Positions 48,255 to 58,704 of a DNA stretch of 64,000 nt are shown one piece after another (the first letter of the stretch is position 1; each line of letters begins with the position of its first letter). Both the position numbers and the translations under genes were made by a program. The notes below the pieces were generated by a model that was not told the DNA's origin, did not search any database, and saw nothing but the letters and a program-made list of their open reading frames with translations. The stretch covers positions 1 to 64,000 of the forward strand of contig OZ251250.1 of assembly GCA_965240325.2 (NCBI GenBank), in the 5' to 3' direction. This DNA comes from Rebecca billardiae RCC1528 (Eukaryota; Protista; Haptophyta).

Positions 48255-49733
48255 ATGGCCAGCACGGCACAGGCGCAACACACGCGTCGCCTCGCGCTCG
48301 ACGATCTGCCGCGCGAGGTGCTCGACCGCATCCCCGTATTCCTACCGCCGCGCGACCTCGCCAGCCTGATCGCCACCGCGCGCCTCTTCCACGCCGCGCC
48401 GCCCGGCGGGTGCTCAGCGGTCGAGCGCGCGCTGCGCGAGCGCGCGTGCGCGCGCGGGCACGATCGCGCGCTGCCGACGACGCTGCCCTCCGACGTGCGC
48501 ACGTGGACGGGGGAGCTGCTCGTGCGCGAGCGCGTGCTCGAGCTCGCATGCGCACACTCGCCTCCCGTGGCGGCCGGCGTTGGCTTCAGCGCGTTTGTGG
48601 ACGCAGAGGGCGGGCTGCACACGTGCGGCGAGGAGGAGGTGCGGGACGAGGACACCAGGCAGCGGACGGGCGAGTATCGGGCGGATATGGCAATCGGTCA
48701 ATCGGGCGTGCGGGTAGCGCGCGTGCCAACGCACGTCGCCTCCCTCAGCGCGGTGCGCGTGGTTGCTGTGGCCGCTGGGCAGTACCACCTGCTCGCGCTG
48801 AGCTACGCCGGCGCAGTGTACGGCTGCGGCGACGACAGCGCCGGCCAGCTGGGGCTGGGCGACACGGACAGGGAGGAGGAACGCTCATTCGCTCTCGTCG
48901 GGCTCCCCGCACGTGAGCCCGTCGTCTGCATAGCTGCAGGCAACACGCACAGCCTCGCGCTCACCGCCGCGGGCTGCGTTTACAGCTGGGGCTTCAACAA
49001 CTGCGGCCAGCTCGGCCACGGCGACACGGAGGAGCGGTGGGAGCCGACGCGCATCGAGGCGCTGGACGGCGTGCGCGTGGGTGGCCTCGCCGCGGGCGGT
49101 TCGCACACGCTGCTGCTTTCGAGCGGTGGCGCCGTGTACTCGTGTGGCCGCTGCTACTTCGGCCAGCTCGGCCACGGCGACCAGCAGGCTCAGCACACGC
49201 CAAGGCGCATCGAGGCGCTCGCAGGCGTGCGCGCCGTGCACGTGAGCGCGGGCGAGGAGCACAGCCTGGTGGTGGACAGCGAGGGGGCGGTGTACTCGTC
49301 TGGGTTTGGTGCGAATGACGCGCTCGGGCACGGAGCCACTCGCGATGAGCTCACGCCGAGGCGGCTTGACGCCCTGGCGGGTGTGCGCATCGTGCGTGCG
49401 TGTGCTGGTGGCCTCAGCAGCGCGGTGCTGGGCGCGGACGGCAGCGTGCACACGTTTGGGCACAGCCGCAATGGCCAGCTCGGACTGGGGCACGGAGGCG
49501 CGGCCGCCGAGGCTCCCACGCGCGTGGGTGCTCTCGCACATGTGGGCGTGGTGCACTGTGCCATGGGCTTTTCCCACTCGCTGTTTGTGAGTGCGGACGG
49601 CAGCGTGTACTCGTGCGGCGAGCGGTCGGCTGCGCTCGGCCTCGGCATGAGCGAGGCCGAGCAAGATGAGCCCATCCAGCCGGTGGACGCGCCCGTGCTC
49701 GTCGAGACGGCGTGGTGTGCCCGTGTCTGCTGA
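48255..49733 (+). CDS. F-box + RCC1-repeat protein, paralog 6 (492 aa)
   Basis: Intact ORF. The F-box carries substitutions (RIPVF, SLIAT); seven repeats. Confidence 0.86.
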   Translation: MASTAQAQHTRRLALDDLPREVLDRIPVFLPPRDLASLIATARLFHAAPPGGCSAVERALRERACARGHDRALPTTLPSDVRTWTGELLVRERVLELACAHSPPVAAGVGFSAFVDAEGGLHTCGEEEVRDEDTRQRTGEYRADMAIGQSGVRVARVPTHVASLSAVRVVAVAAGQYHLLALSYAGAVYGCGDDSAGQLGLGDTDREEERSFALVGLPAREPVVCIAAGNTHSLALTAAGCVYSWGFNNCGQLGHGDTEERWEPTRIEALDGVRVGGLAAGGSHTLLLSSGGAVYSCGRCYFGQLGHGDQQAQHTPRRIEALAGVRAVHVSAGEEHSLVVDSEGAVYSSGFGANDALGHGATRDELTPRRLDALAGVRIVRACAGGLSSAVLGADGSVHTFGHSRNGQLGLGHGGAAAEAPTRVGALAHVGVVHCAMGFSHSLFVSADGSVYSCGERSAALGLGMSEAEQDEPIQPVDAPVLVETAWCARVC

Positions 49734-50103
49734 TGCGTGCCTCTGCCGACGCTCCGCTGCTCCGTTGCAGCCGTGGGCGGCGGTGGCAGCGGACGCAGCA
49801 GCCGGGCGCGGGCCGCCACCGGCCCACGCCGCCGCCCAGGCTGGCTGGCGCCTGGCGCTCGGACGGCCAGCAGCGCATCGCCTCGAATCTGAGTTACAAG
49901 TATTCAAGTGTGACATGCCCGCTCGGCTTAGCAAGAGACAGGCACTGTCAATCCGGCGACAGAGTAGACCGCTCTGTGACTGACAAAGTGACCCGTCCGG
50001 GACACCCTTGCTCAGGCACGCCGCACGGACACTGGACAGCGCGCGGGGACAAGCGCCCCGCCGGCGCGGCGGCCGGCGCCGACACTTGCTCGTGGCGGGA
50101 GCG

Positions 50104-51573
50104 ATGGCCAGCACGGCACAGGCGCACGCGCGTCGCCTCGCGCTCGACGACCTGCCGCGCGAGGTGCTCGACCGCGTCCTCGTGTCCCTGCTGCCGCGCG
50201 ACCTCGCCAGCCTGAACGCCACCGCGCGCCTCTTCCACGCCGCGCCGCCCGGCGGGTGCTCGGCGGTCGAGCGCGCGCTGCGCGAGCGCGCGTGCACGCG
50301 CGGGCACGAGCGCGCGCTACCGACATCGCTGCCCTCGGGCGTGCGCACGTGGACGGCGGAACTGCTCGTGCGCGAGCGGATGCTCGAGCTCGCATGCGCA
50401 CACTCGCTTCCCGTGGCGGCCGGCGACGGCTTCAGCGCGTTTGTGGACGCGGAGGGCGGGCTGCACACATGCGGCGAGCAGGAGGTGCGGGGCGAGGCCA
50501 CCTTGCAGTGGACGGGCGAGTATCGTTCACCTGTGGCAACCGGTCATTCGGGCGTGCCGGAAGTGTGCGTGCCAACGCACGTCGCCTCCCTCAGCGCCGT
50601 GCGCGTGGTCGCTGTGGCCGCTGGCTGGGACCACCTGCTCGTGCTGAGCGAGGCCGGCGCCGTGTACGGCTGCGGCTACAACGGCTCCGGCCAGCTCGGT
50701 CTGGGCCACACGGAGGAGCAACGCGCTTTCGCTCTCGTCGGCCTCTTCGCACCTGAGCCCGTCGTGTGCATCGCGGCAGGCTATGCGCACAGCCTCGCGC
50801 TCACGGCCGCGGGCTGCGCGTACAGCTGGGGCTACAACTACTACGGCCAGCTCGGCCACGGCGACACTCAGCGGCGGCTGCAGCCGACGCGCATCGAGGC
50901 GCTGGACGGCGTGCGCGTGGGCGGGATGGCCGTGGGCGTTGCCCACACGCTGCTTCTCGATGTGTACGGCGCCGTCTACTCGTGCGGCAGTGGCGAGTTT
51001 GGCCGTCTCGGCCACGGCGACCAGCAGCATCAGCACACGCCGAGGCGCATCGAGGCGCTCGCGGGCGTGCGCGCCGCGCACGTGAGCGCGGGCGGTCAGC
51101 ACAGCCTGGTGGTGGACAGCGAGGGGGCGGTGTACTCGTTTGGGTGTGGTGAAGATGGCGCGCTCGGGCACGGAGACACGCGCTCGCAACTCACGCCGAG
51201 GCGGCTTGACGCCCTCGCGGGTGTGCGCATCGTGCGCGCGTGTGCGGGCAGCCACAGCAGCGCGGTGCTGGGCGCGGACGGCAGCGTGCACACGTTTGGG
51301 CACAACGAGGACGGTCAGCTCGGGCTGGGATCTGGAGAGGTGCGCCACGGCGCCCCGTCGCGCGTGGGTGCCCTCGCCCACGCGCGCGTGGTGCACTGTG
51401 CCATGGGCTTCTCCCACTCGCTGTTTGTGAGTGCGGACGGCAGCGTGCACGCGTGCGGCAGGCGCTCAGCCGCGCTCGGCCTCGGCATGAGCGAGGCCGA
51501 GCGAGACGAGCCCACCCAGCGGATTGGCACGCCCGCGTGCATCGGCACGGCGTGGTGTGCCCGTGTCTGCTGA
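50104..51573 (+). CDS. F-box + RCC1-repeat protein, paralog 7 (489 aa)
   Basis: Intact ORF with F-box and seven repeats. Confidence 0.88.
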   Translation: MASTAQAHARRLALDDLPREVLDRVLVSLLPRDLASLNATARLFHAAPPGGCSAVERALRERACTRGHERALPTSLPSGVRTWTAELLVRERMLELACAHSLPVAAGDGFSAFVDAEGGLHTCGEQEVRGEATLQWTGEYRSPVATGHSGVPEVCVPTHVASLSAVRVVAVAAGWDHLLVLSEAGAVYGCGYNGSGQLGLGHTEEQRAFALVGLFAPEPVVCIAAGYAHSLALTAAGCAYSWGYNYYGQLGHGDTQRRLQPTRIEALDGVRVGGMAVGVAHTLLLDVYGAVYSCGSGEFGRLGHGDQQHQHTPRRIEALAGVRAAHVSAGGQHSLVVDSEGAVYSFGCGEDGALGHGDTRSQLTPRRLDALAGVRIVRACAGSHSSAVLGADGSVHTFGHNEDGQLGLGSGEVRHGAPSRVGALAHARVVHCAMGFSHSLFVSADGSVHACGRRSAALGLGMSEAERDEPTQRIGTPACIGTAWCARVC

Positions 51574-51984
51574 TGCGCGCCTCTGCCGACGTTCCGCTGC
51601 TCCGTTGCAGTCGTGGGCGGCGGCTTGGCAGCGGACGCAGCAGCCGGGCGCGGGCCGCCACCGGCCCACGGTGCCGCCGCCCAGGCTGGCTGGCGCCTGG
51701 CGGTCGGACGGCCAGCAGCGTGTCGCCACGAATCTGACGAGTTTGAAGTGCGTGCCCACTCGGCTTATCATAGACAGAGTCAGGCACTACGTCCATCCGC
51801 CGGCGACGGACTAGATTCCTCAATCCTGGCCAGGGCGGGTCCGCGTCGGACGCTCTGTGACACCTCACACCAGACACTGACAGTCCGGGCAGCTCAGGCA
51901 ACGGACAGTGGATGCCACAGCGCGCGGCGACAGCGCTTCGCTCAGTGCTCACCGACCGCACCGACTGCGCGGCGCCGGGGAGCG

Positions 51985-53481
51985 ATGGCCAGCACGGCAC
52001 AGGCGCACGCGCGTCGCCTCGCGCTCGACGACCTGCCGCGCGAGGTGCTCGACCGCATCCTCGTGTTCCTGCCGCCGCGCGACCTCGCAAGCCTGAACGC
52101 CACCGCGCGCCTCTTCCACGCCGCGCCGCCCGGCGGGTGCTCGGCGGTCGAGCGCGCGCTGCGCGAGCGCGCGTGCGCGCGCGGTCACGAGCGCGCGCTG
52201 CCGGCGACGCTGCCCTCCGACGTGCGCACTTGGACGGAGGAGCTGTTCGTGCGCGAGCGCGTGCTCGAGCTCGGGAGCGCGCATGCGTCCCCGGTCTCGG
52301 CCGGCAACGGCTTCAGCGCGTTTGTGGACGCGGACGGCGGGCTGCACACGTGCGGCGAGGAGGAGGTGCCTGATCAGTCGGAGCCGGGGAGCGACGACGA
52401 GGACCAGGACGGGGAGCCGACGGGCGAGTATCGAGCGCATGTGGCAACTGGCCACTCGGCCGTGCCGGAAGTGTGCGTCCCGGCGCACGTCGCCTCCCTC
52501 AGCGCCGTGCGCGTGTGCGCCGTGGCCGCCGGCCTTGCCCACCTGCTCGCGCTGAGCGAGGCCGGCGCCGTGTGCGGCTGCGGCTACAACTTGCACGGCC
52601 AGCTGGGGCTGGGCGACACGGAGGAGCAACGCTCACTCGCTCTCGTCGGGCTACCCGCGAGTGAGCCCGTCGTGTGCATAGCTGCGTGCAACGCGCACAG
52701 CCTCGCGCTCACCGCCGCGGGCTGCGCGTACAGCTGGGGCCACAACGGCTTCGGCCAGCTCGGCCACGGCGACACGAAGCGGCGGCTGCAGCCGACGCGC
52801 ATCGAGGCGCTGGACGGCGTGCGCGTGGGCGGGGTGGCCGCGGGCGGTGCCCACGCGCTGCTTCTCGATGTGTATGGCGCCGTCTACTCGTGCGGCTGGG
52901 GCGACAACGGCCAGCTCGGCCACGGCAACAAGCAGGCTCAGCACACGCCAAGGCGCATCGAGGCGCTCGCGGGCGTGCGCACCGTGCACGTGAGCGCGGG
53001 CGATGGCCACAGCCTGGTGGTGGACAGCGAGGGGGCGGTGTACTCGTTTGGGTTTGGTGATGATGGCGCCCTCGGGAACGAGGACACGTGCCGTCAGCTC
53101 GCGCCGAGGCGGCTTGACGCCCTCGCGGGTGTGCGCATCGTGCGCGCATGTGCGGGCAGCTGCGGCAGCGCGGTGCTGGGCGCGGACGGCAGCGTGCACA
53201 CGTTTGGGGACAACCGCGATGGCCAGCTCGGGCTGGGATCTGGAGAGGTGCTCCACGGCGCCCCGTCGCGCGTGGGTGCCCTCGCCCACGCACGCGTGGT
53301 GCAGTGTGCCATGGGCCACTCCCACTCGCTGTTTGTGAGTGCGGACGGCAGCGTGCACGCGTGCGGCAGGCGGTCGGCTGCGCTCGGCCTCGGCATGAGC
53401 GAGGCCGAGCAAGACGAGCCCACCCAGCGGGTGGACGCGCCCGTGCTCGTCGAGACGGCGTGGTGTGCCCGTGTCTGCTGA
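51985..53481 (+). CDS. F-box + RCC1-repeat protein, paralog 8 (498 aa)
   Basis: Intact ORF with seven repeats plus the acidic DQSEPGSDDEDQDGE insert. Confidence 0.88.
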   Translation: MASTAQAHARRLALDDLPREVLDRILVFLPPRDLASLNATARLFHAAPPGGCSAVERALRERACARGHERALPATLPSDVRTWTEELFVRERVLELGSAHASPVSAGNGFSAFVDADGGLHTCGEEEVPDQSEPGSDDEDQDGEPTGEYRAHVATGHSAVPEVCVPAHVASLSAVRVCAVAAGLAHLLALSEAGAVCGCGYNLHGQLGLGDTEEQRSLALVGLPASEPVVCIAACNAHSLALTAAGCAYSWGHNGFGQLGHGDTKRRLQPTRIEALDGVRVGGVAAGGAHALLLDVYGAVYSCGWGDNGQLGHGNKQAQHTPRRIEALAGVRTVHVSAGDGHSLVVDSEGAVYSFGFGDDGALGNEDTCRQLAPRRLDALAGVRIVRACAGSCGSAVLGADGSVHTFGDNRDGQLGLGSGEVLHGAPSRVGALAHARVVQCAMGHSHSLFVSADGSVHACGRRSAALGLGMSEAEQDEPTQRVDAPVLVETAWCARVC

Positions 53482-53892
53482 TGCGCGCCTCTGCCGACGC
53501 TCAGCTGCTCCGTTGCAGCCGTGGGCGGCGGTGGCAGCGGACGCAGCAGCCGGGCACGGGCCGCCACCGGCCCACGGCGCCGCCGCCCAGGCTGGCTGGC
53601 GCCTGGCGGTCGGACGGCCAGCAGCGTGTCGCCACGAATCTGACGAGTTTGAAGTGCGTGCCCACTCGGCTTATCATAGACAGAGGCAGGCACTACGTCC
53701 ATCCGCCGGCGACGGACTAGATTCCTCAATCCTGGCCAGGGCGGGTCCGCGTCGGACGCTCTGTGACACCTCACACCAGACACTGACAGTCCGGGCAGCT
53801 CAGGCAACGGACAGTGGATGCCACAGCGCGCGGCGACAGCGCTTCGCTCAGTGCTCACCGACCGCACCGACTGCGCGGCGCCGGCGGGAGCG

Positions 53893-55362
53893 ATGGCCAG
53901 CACGGCACAGGCGCACGCGCGTCGCCTCGTGCTCGACGACCTGCCACGTGAGGTGCTCGACCGCATCCTCGTGTTCCTACCGCCGCGCGACCTCGCCAGC
54001 CTGAACGCCACCGCGCGCCTCTTCCACGCCGCGCCGCCCGGCGGGTGCTCGGCGGTCGAGCGCGCGCTGCGCGAGCGCGCGTGCGCGCGCGGGCACGATC
54101 GCGCGCTGCCGGCGCCGCTGCCCGCCGACGTGTGCACTTGGACGGAGGAGCTGCTCGTGCGCGAGCGCGTGCTCGAGCTCGCATGCGCACACTCGCCTCC
54201 CGTGGCGGCCGGCGTTGGCTTCAGCGCGTGTGTGGACGCGGAGGGCGGGCTGCACACGTGCGGCGAGCAGGCGGTGTGGGACGAGGACACCGAGGAGCCG
54301 ACGGGCGAGTATCGAGCGCGTATGGCAACCGGTCATCCGGGCGTGCGGGCAGTGCGCGTGCCGACGCACGTTGCCTCCCTCGGCGCGGTGCGCGTGGTCG
54401 CGGTGGCGGCTGGAGACGACCACCTGCTCGCGCTGAGCGACACCGGCGCCGTGTACGGCTGCGGCTACAACGACTCCGGCCAGCTTGGGCTGGGCGACAC
54501 GGAGGAGCAACGCTCATTCGCTCTCGTCGGGCTACCCGCACGTGAGCCCGTCGTGTGCATCGTTGCAGGCCACGGGCACAGCCTCGCGCTCACGGCAGCG
54601 GGCTGCGCGTACAGCTGGGGTGCCAACTGGTGCGGCCAGCTCGGCCACGGCGACACGCAGCAGCGGTGGGAGCCTGCGCGCATCGAGGCGCTGGACGGCG
54701 TGCGCGTGGGCGGGATGGCCGCGGGCGGTGCCCACACGCTGCTTATCGATGTGTACGGCGCCGTCTACTCGTGCGGCCTTGGCCACTTAGGCCGGCTCGG
54801 CCACGGCGACCAGCAGGATCAGCACACGCCAAGGCGCATCGAGGCGCTCGCGGGCGTGCGCGCCGCGCACGTGAGCGCGGGCGGTGGCCACAGCCTGGTG
54901 GTGGACAGCGAGGGGACGGTGCACTCGTTTGGGTTTGGTAAGTTTGGCGCGCTCGGGCATGGAGACACGCGCCCGCAACTCACGCCGAGGCGGCTTGACG
55001 CCCTCGCGGGTGTGCGCATCGTGCGCGCATGTGCGCGCCGCCGCGGCAGCGCGGTGCTGGGCGCGGACGGCAGCGTGCACACGTTTGGGTACAACAGGTA
55101 CGGCCAGCTCGGGCTGGGGCACGGAGGCGCGGCCGCCGAGTCTCCCACGCGCGTGGGTGCCCTCGCCCACGCGCGCGTGGTGCACTGTGCCATGGGCGAC
55201 TACCACTCGCTGTTTGTGAGTGCGGACGGCAGCGTGCACGCGTGCGGCCAGCGCTCGGCTGCGCTCGGCCTCGGCATGAGCGCGGCCGAGCAAGACGAGC
55301 CCACCCAGCGGGTTGACACGCCCGCGTGCATCGGGACGGCGTGGTGTGCCCGCGTCTGCTGA
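53893..55362 (+). CDS. F-box + RCC1-repeat protein, paralog 9 (489 aa)
   Basis: Intact ORF with F-box and seven repeats. Confidence 0.88.
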   Translation: MASTAQAHARRLVLDDLPREVLDRILVFLPPRDLASLNATARLFHAAPPGGCSAVERALRERACARGHDRALPAPLPADVCTWTEELLVRERVLELACAHSPPVAAGVGFSACVDAEGGLHTCGEQAVWDEDTEEPTGEYRARMATGHPGVRAVRVPTHVASLGAVRVVAVAAGDDHLLALSDTGAVYGCGYNDSGQLGLGDTEEQRSFALVGLPAREPVVCIVAGHGHSLALTAAGCAYSWGANWCGQLGHGDTQQRWEPARIEALDGVRVGGMAAGGAHTLLIDVYGAVYSCGLGHLGRLGHGDQQDQHTPRRIEALAGVRAAHVSAGGGHSLVVDSEGTVHSFGFGKFGALGHGDTRPQLTPRRLDALAGVRIVRACARRRGSAVLGADGSVHTFGYNRYGQLGLGHGGAAAESPTRVGALAHARVVHCAMGDYHSLFVSADGSVHACGQRSAALGLGMSAAEQDEPTQRVDTPACIGTAWCARVC

Positions 55363-55816
55363 CGGGTGCCTCTGTCAGACGCTCCGCTGCTCCGAGTTCG
55401 GCAGCCGTGGGCGGCGGTGGCAGCGGACGCAGCAGCCGGGCGCGGGCTGCCACCGGCCACGGTGCCGCCGCCCAGGCTGGCTGGCGCTCAGTCCGATCAC
55501 AAGTAGACACAGCAAGTACGTCAATCACAATGCACGCGATGAGTGCGTTAGTGTAGCAGTCAGCGCCCCGCGTCAGCGGCGTCACGGAGTACCACTCACC
55601 CCGGCCGGTCGTGATCGGCTGGTCGCGTCAGCAGGCGGACGGCACGTGACGACACGCGCCGCCGCGCCGCGCCTTCATCACGACTGAATTCAGGCGGCAC
55701 GCGCGGCGACGTAGTGGTCCCAGCTGACACCGTTGTGACTGCTGACTAACGCGCCCAGCAACAGGACTGCTCCCCCGCGCGCGAGTACTGATGACGAAAT
55801 AACTCGCAGCCCGCGC

Positions 55817-56902
55817 TCACAAGCCGTCCTTGAGCGTGTCGAGGCCGCCCTTGTCGAGGCCGAGGTCGAAGTAGTCCTTCGCGTAGAACCCCGTCCCCGG
55901 CTTGAGGTCCTCCAGCACGCTGTGCGCCGGGCTCCAGCCGAGCGCCGCCATCGCCTTGGCCGGGCTCACGTAGAAGCCCTCCGCGTTCGGCCGGAACGGG
56001 AAGGATGTCTTGGTGCCGGCGGGGAGGTGGCGCACGTCGGCGGCGGGCTTGCCGCACGCGGCGGCGGCGGCGTCGCAGAGCTGCGCGTACGTCACGTCCG
56101 CCGGGGCGCCGCAGTTGAACACCTCGCCCCCCGCCTTCCCCTCCTGCCCCACCACGGACGCCAGCAGCGCCGCCACGTCTGCGCAGTGGGTCACTGAGAC
56201 GCGCTGCGAGCCGTCGCCCGGGATGGGCAGCGGCAGGCCGCGCGCGGCGCGGCCGAGGAACCAGTCGAGGTAGTCGCGCTTGTTCGTGTGCGGCCCGTAG
56301 ATGTACTGCGGGCGGAACGCGCACCACTTGCCCGCGAACGCCTGCGAGATCGCAATCTCGACCTCGCGCTGGCCGGTCGGCGGCTCCTTGATCGGACCGT
56401 CCTCGGACAGCTCGCCCTTGGCGGTGTACATGCCGGCGGAGGAGACGAAGGCGTAGAGCTTGAACGCGTCGCCCGCGCCCTTCGCCGCCGCCATCGCCGC
56501 CGCGCACCCCGCCGGGTCCTTCGCGTAGTTGTCGAAGACGTGCGTGAGCGCTGGGCCACCCTCGAGCGCGGCCGCGACCGCCGCCGTGTCTGTCGGCTCG
56601 CACCACGCGACGTTGCAGTCGACGAGCTCGGTGTCGTACAGGTTGAAGGGCGGCTTGTTGGGCTTCGCCGCCGGGTCCTGCACCAGCGTCACCTCCAGCC
56701 CCTTCGCCTGCAGCGCCTTCGCCAGGTGGTACCCAATCTCGCCATGGCCGCCGCCCTTGTTCTGCAGAATGAGCGCGTGGCCGGCCGCGGTCATCGAGGG
56801 CGCGGCGCGGCGCGCGGCGGGGTGCGCGGCGGCGAGGCGGCTCAAGGCCGGGCCGGGCGCGCCGAAGCCGAGCGCGCTCGTCGCGAGGAGGGCGGCCAGC
56901 AT
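55817..56902 (-). CDS. CSP41A: Chloroplast stem-loop binding protein 41a-like (atypical SDR/epimerase fold), plastid-targeted
   Basis: ALILQNKGGGHGEIGYHLAK, FVSSAGMY, FRPQYIYG..NKRDYLDWF and SFPFR match the CSP41a pattern. The N-terminus MLAALLATSALGF is a signal peptide followed by Phe and a transit peptide. Confidence 0.85.
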   Translation of the reverse strand: MLAALLATSALGFGAPGPALSRLAAAHPAARRAAPSMTAAGHALILQNKGGGHGEIGYHLAKALQAKGLEVTLVQDPAAKPNKPPFNLYDTELVDCNVAWCEPTDTAAVAAALEGGPALTHVFDNYAKDPAGCAAAMAAAKGAGDAFKLYAFVSSAGMYTAKGELSEDGPIKEPPTGQREVEIAISQAFAGKWCAFRPQYIYGPHTNKRDYLDWFLGRAARGLPLPIPGDGSQRVSVTHCADVAALLASVVGQEGKAGGEVFNCGAPADVTYAQLCDAAAAACGKPAADVRHLPAGTKTSFPFRPNAEGFYVSPAKAMAALGWSPAHSVLEDLKPGTGFYAKDYFDLGLDKGGLDTLKDGL

Positions 56903-57036
56903 CCCGGCCGAGGGCGGGCTGCGCGCGAAGCGGGGAGTGCGTGCGGCCGCGCGGCGACTTCGCAAGATGCAAAGCGCAGCGGCGTTGATGACGGCTGCCG
57001 AGCGGCCAAGTCCGGCCGAGCCCGCGTGCCCGCCTG

Positions 57037-58704
57037 CTTGGGGAGCAAACCCTCAGGATCGGGCGATGGCGACCAATCTGACCCGCACCACGCGCGCTGC
57101 GCAGGCTGATGCGCGGCCCTCGCGGCGCGCACGCCCGCGCGCGCTGGGCGGATGGCCCCGGGAGACATGGAGGATCATCCCTGCCCCTTCTCGCCCCGCA
57201 CTGTCGCCTCGCTCCGCCGCGCAGGCCTGCTGCATTCCGCCCGGCCCGGCCCAGTCTGCGGCCGCGCGCTCTCGAGGCTGCGCGCGTGGCCCATCCAGGG
57301 CGAGTTTCGAGGCGCTCTCGAGCTTGGCACGTCGGGGCACATACATGGGCAACTGCTGCAAGCGCGCTCGCCCGTGCGCGCGGCGAGTCGCCGGCGCTGG
57401 GCGATCTACTGAGGGTCGTGCAGTGTCGCAACGGCAGCCGTCGACAGCTGCCATCCGCGTAGGGTTGCGTGCGCGCCCACTTACGCGGTCACGTCGGCGC
57501 GCGTCGAGATGGGCAGATTACGGCCTATAGATGCTGCCACGATCATAGTAGGCGGCGTCAATCGTGCGTGCGGTAGCCTGAGCTGACCGGCGCCGGTCGG
57601 TGCGCCGCGGCCGCCACGCGCCCGGCGCCGGGCCGGGCGCCGCGCGGGCCGTGCGACCGGACGACCGGAGAGTCAGAGGCGGCCGCACTAAGACCGGGCG
57701 AGCGTGGTCGTGCGTTCGCTCAGGAGCTGATGGCGGCAGTCGTCGACGGCGACGGGGCGGGCGCTTGTGCGCGAGGCTCGTCGTGGCGTGCAGCTTCGGC
57801 GAGCGTACACTTTGTGCCGACGTGCGTGAGGGTCGACTGGCTGCAAGCCTTGCTACAGGTTCGGGCGACATGCGTGCCCAACCGACGCGCCGCCGCCGGC
57901 GGCCGAGGCGAGGCGGCGGCTGCGCGCGGCTGCGCGCGCTGCTCGAGCTCATGCGCCTTGGCCGGGAAGCTCGCGCCCATGCCTTAGAAGGCTGCGGCGA
58001 TCGCGGCGAGCTCCGGGCGCACTCGGCGCGCAGCGCAGGCGCAGCGACCATCTTGCCGTGCGCGAGCAGGTGCTGCACGACGGTGAGCACGGCGTCGGCA
58101 GTCATCCGTGGCACCTGCGACAGATGCAGGCGAATAGACATATGCCTCGCCGCACGCTGAGCCTTGGCCAGCTGCCTGCGGTGCGTCTGGGCTTTGAGCA
58201 GCAGGTGAGTCGGCGCCGTCAGTTCAGCGGCGCCGAGGCGAACGCCTCGCAAGAGCTTGCTGTCCACGAAGTACACGGGGCTGCTGAAGCTGTGCGGGAA
58301 CCAGCGCGGAGCGAAGATGGCAAGGAGTAGGCGGTCAGGCGCCTGCGCATCCCACGCGCTCGGCAGTACGGCCTCGTTCTCCGCCGTGAGCGCGAGCGCG
58401 TACACGTCGAGGCCGCCGGCCGAGATGACGAGCTCAGCGTCCCACTGTCCAGGATCGCCGTCTTCGAGGAGGAGGTCGATCTGGGGCAGGGATGGCAGCA
58501 CGGCGCTCGCCTGGCCCTCGTCAGGCTGCGCGCTCATCCCCGCAGCAGCTTCGCGCACCGTGTGCGCGCAGGGGGCAGCGGCGGCGAGCGGCGAGTGCGG
58601 TGCCAACCGGAACGGACTCGCCGCGCGGCGGCGACTGTACGGCGACCCCCACTGGGAGTCACGGCGCAGTCGGCTCGCCCGATCCTGAGGGTTTGCTCCC
58701 CAAG
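57037..58704. mobile_element. 1668-bp TIR element with 7-bp TSD carrying gene-like cargo
   Basis: 30-bp perfect TIR CTTGGGGAGCAAACCCTCAGGATCGGGCGA (57037-57066 / 58675-58704). TSD CCGCCTG at 57030-57036 and 58705-58711. Confidence 0.82.
57720..58537 (-). pseudogene. Probable degenerate protein-coding cargo inside the TIR element
   Basis: MSAQPDEG...VVQHLLAHGKMV reads as a natural ~170-aa protein, then appears to shift frame to RVRPELAAIAAAF*GMGASFPAKAHELEQR, with an in-frame stop at 57984-57986. Confidence 0.4.

Noticed and set aside
6978-55362. Diversity-generating retroelement or CRISPR-like mechanism for the hypervariable codons
   Set aside because: No reverse transcriptase, template repeat or repeat-spacer array is present, and substitutions are not adenine-restricted.
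6978-55362. Calling the RCC1 genes UVR8 photoreceptors
   Set aside because: The conserved GWRHT tryptophan triad is absent and an F-box is present.
55338-55362. C-terminal WCARVC as a prenylation signal
   Set aside because: Cys is not at -4 (CaaX), and the ending is not CC or CXC.
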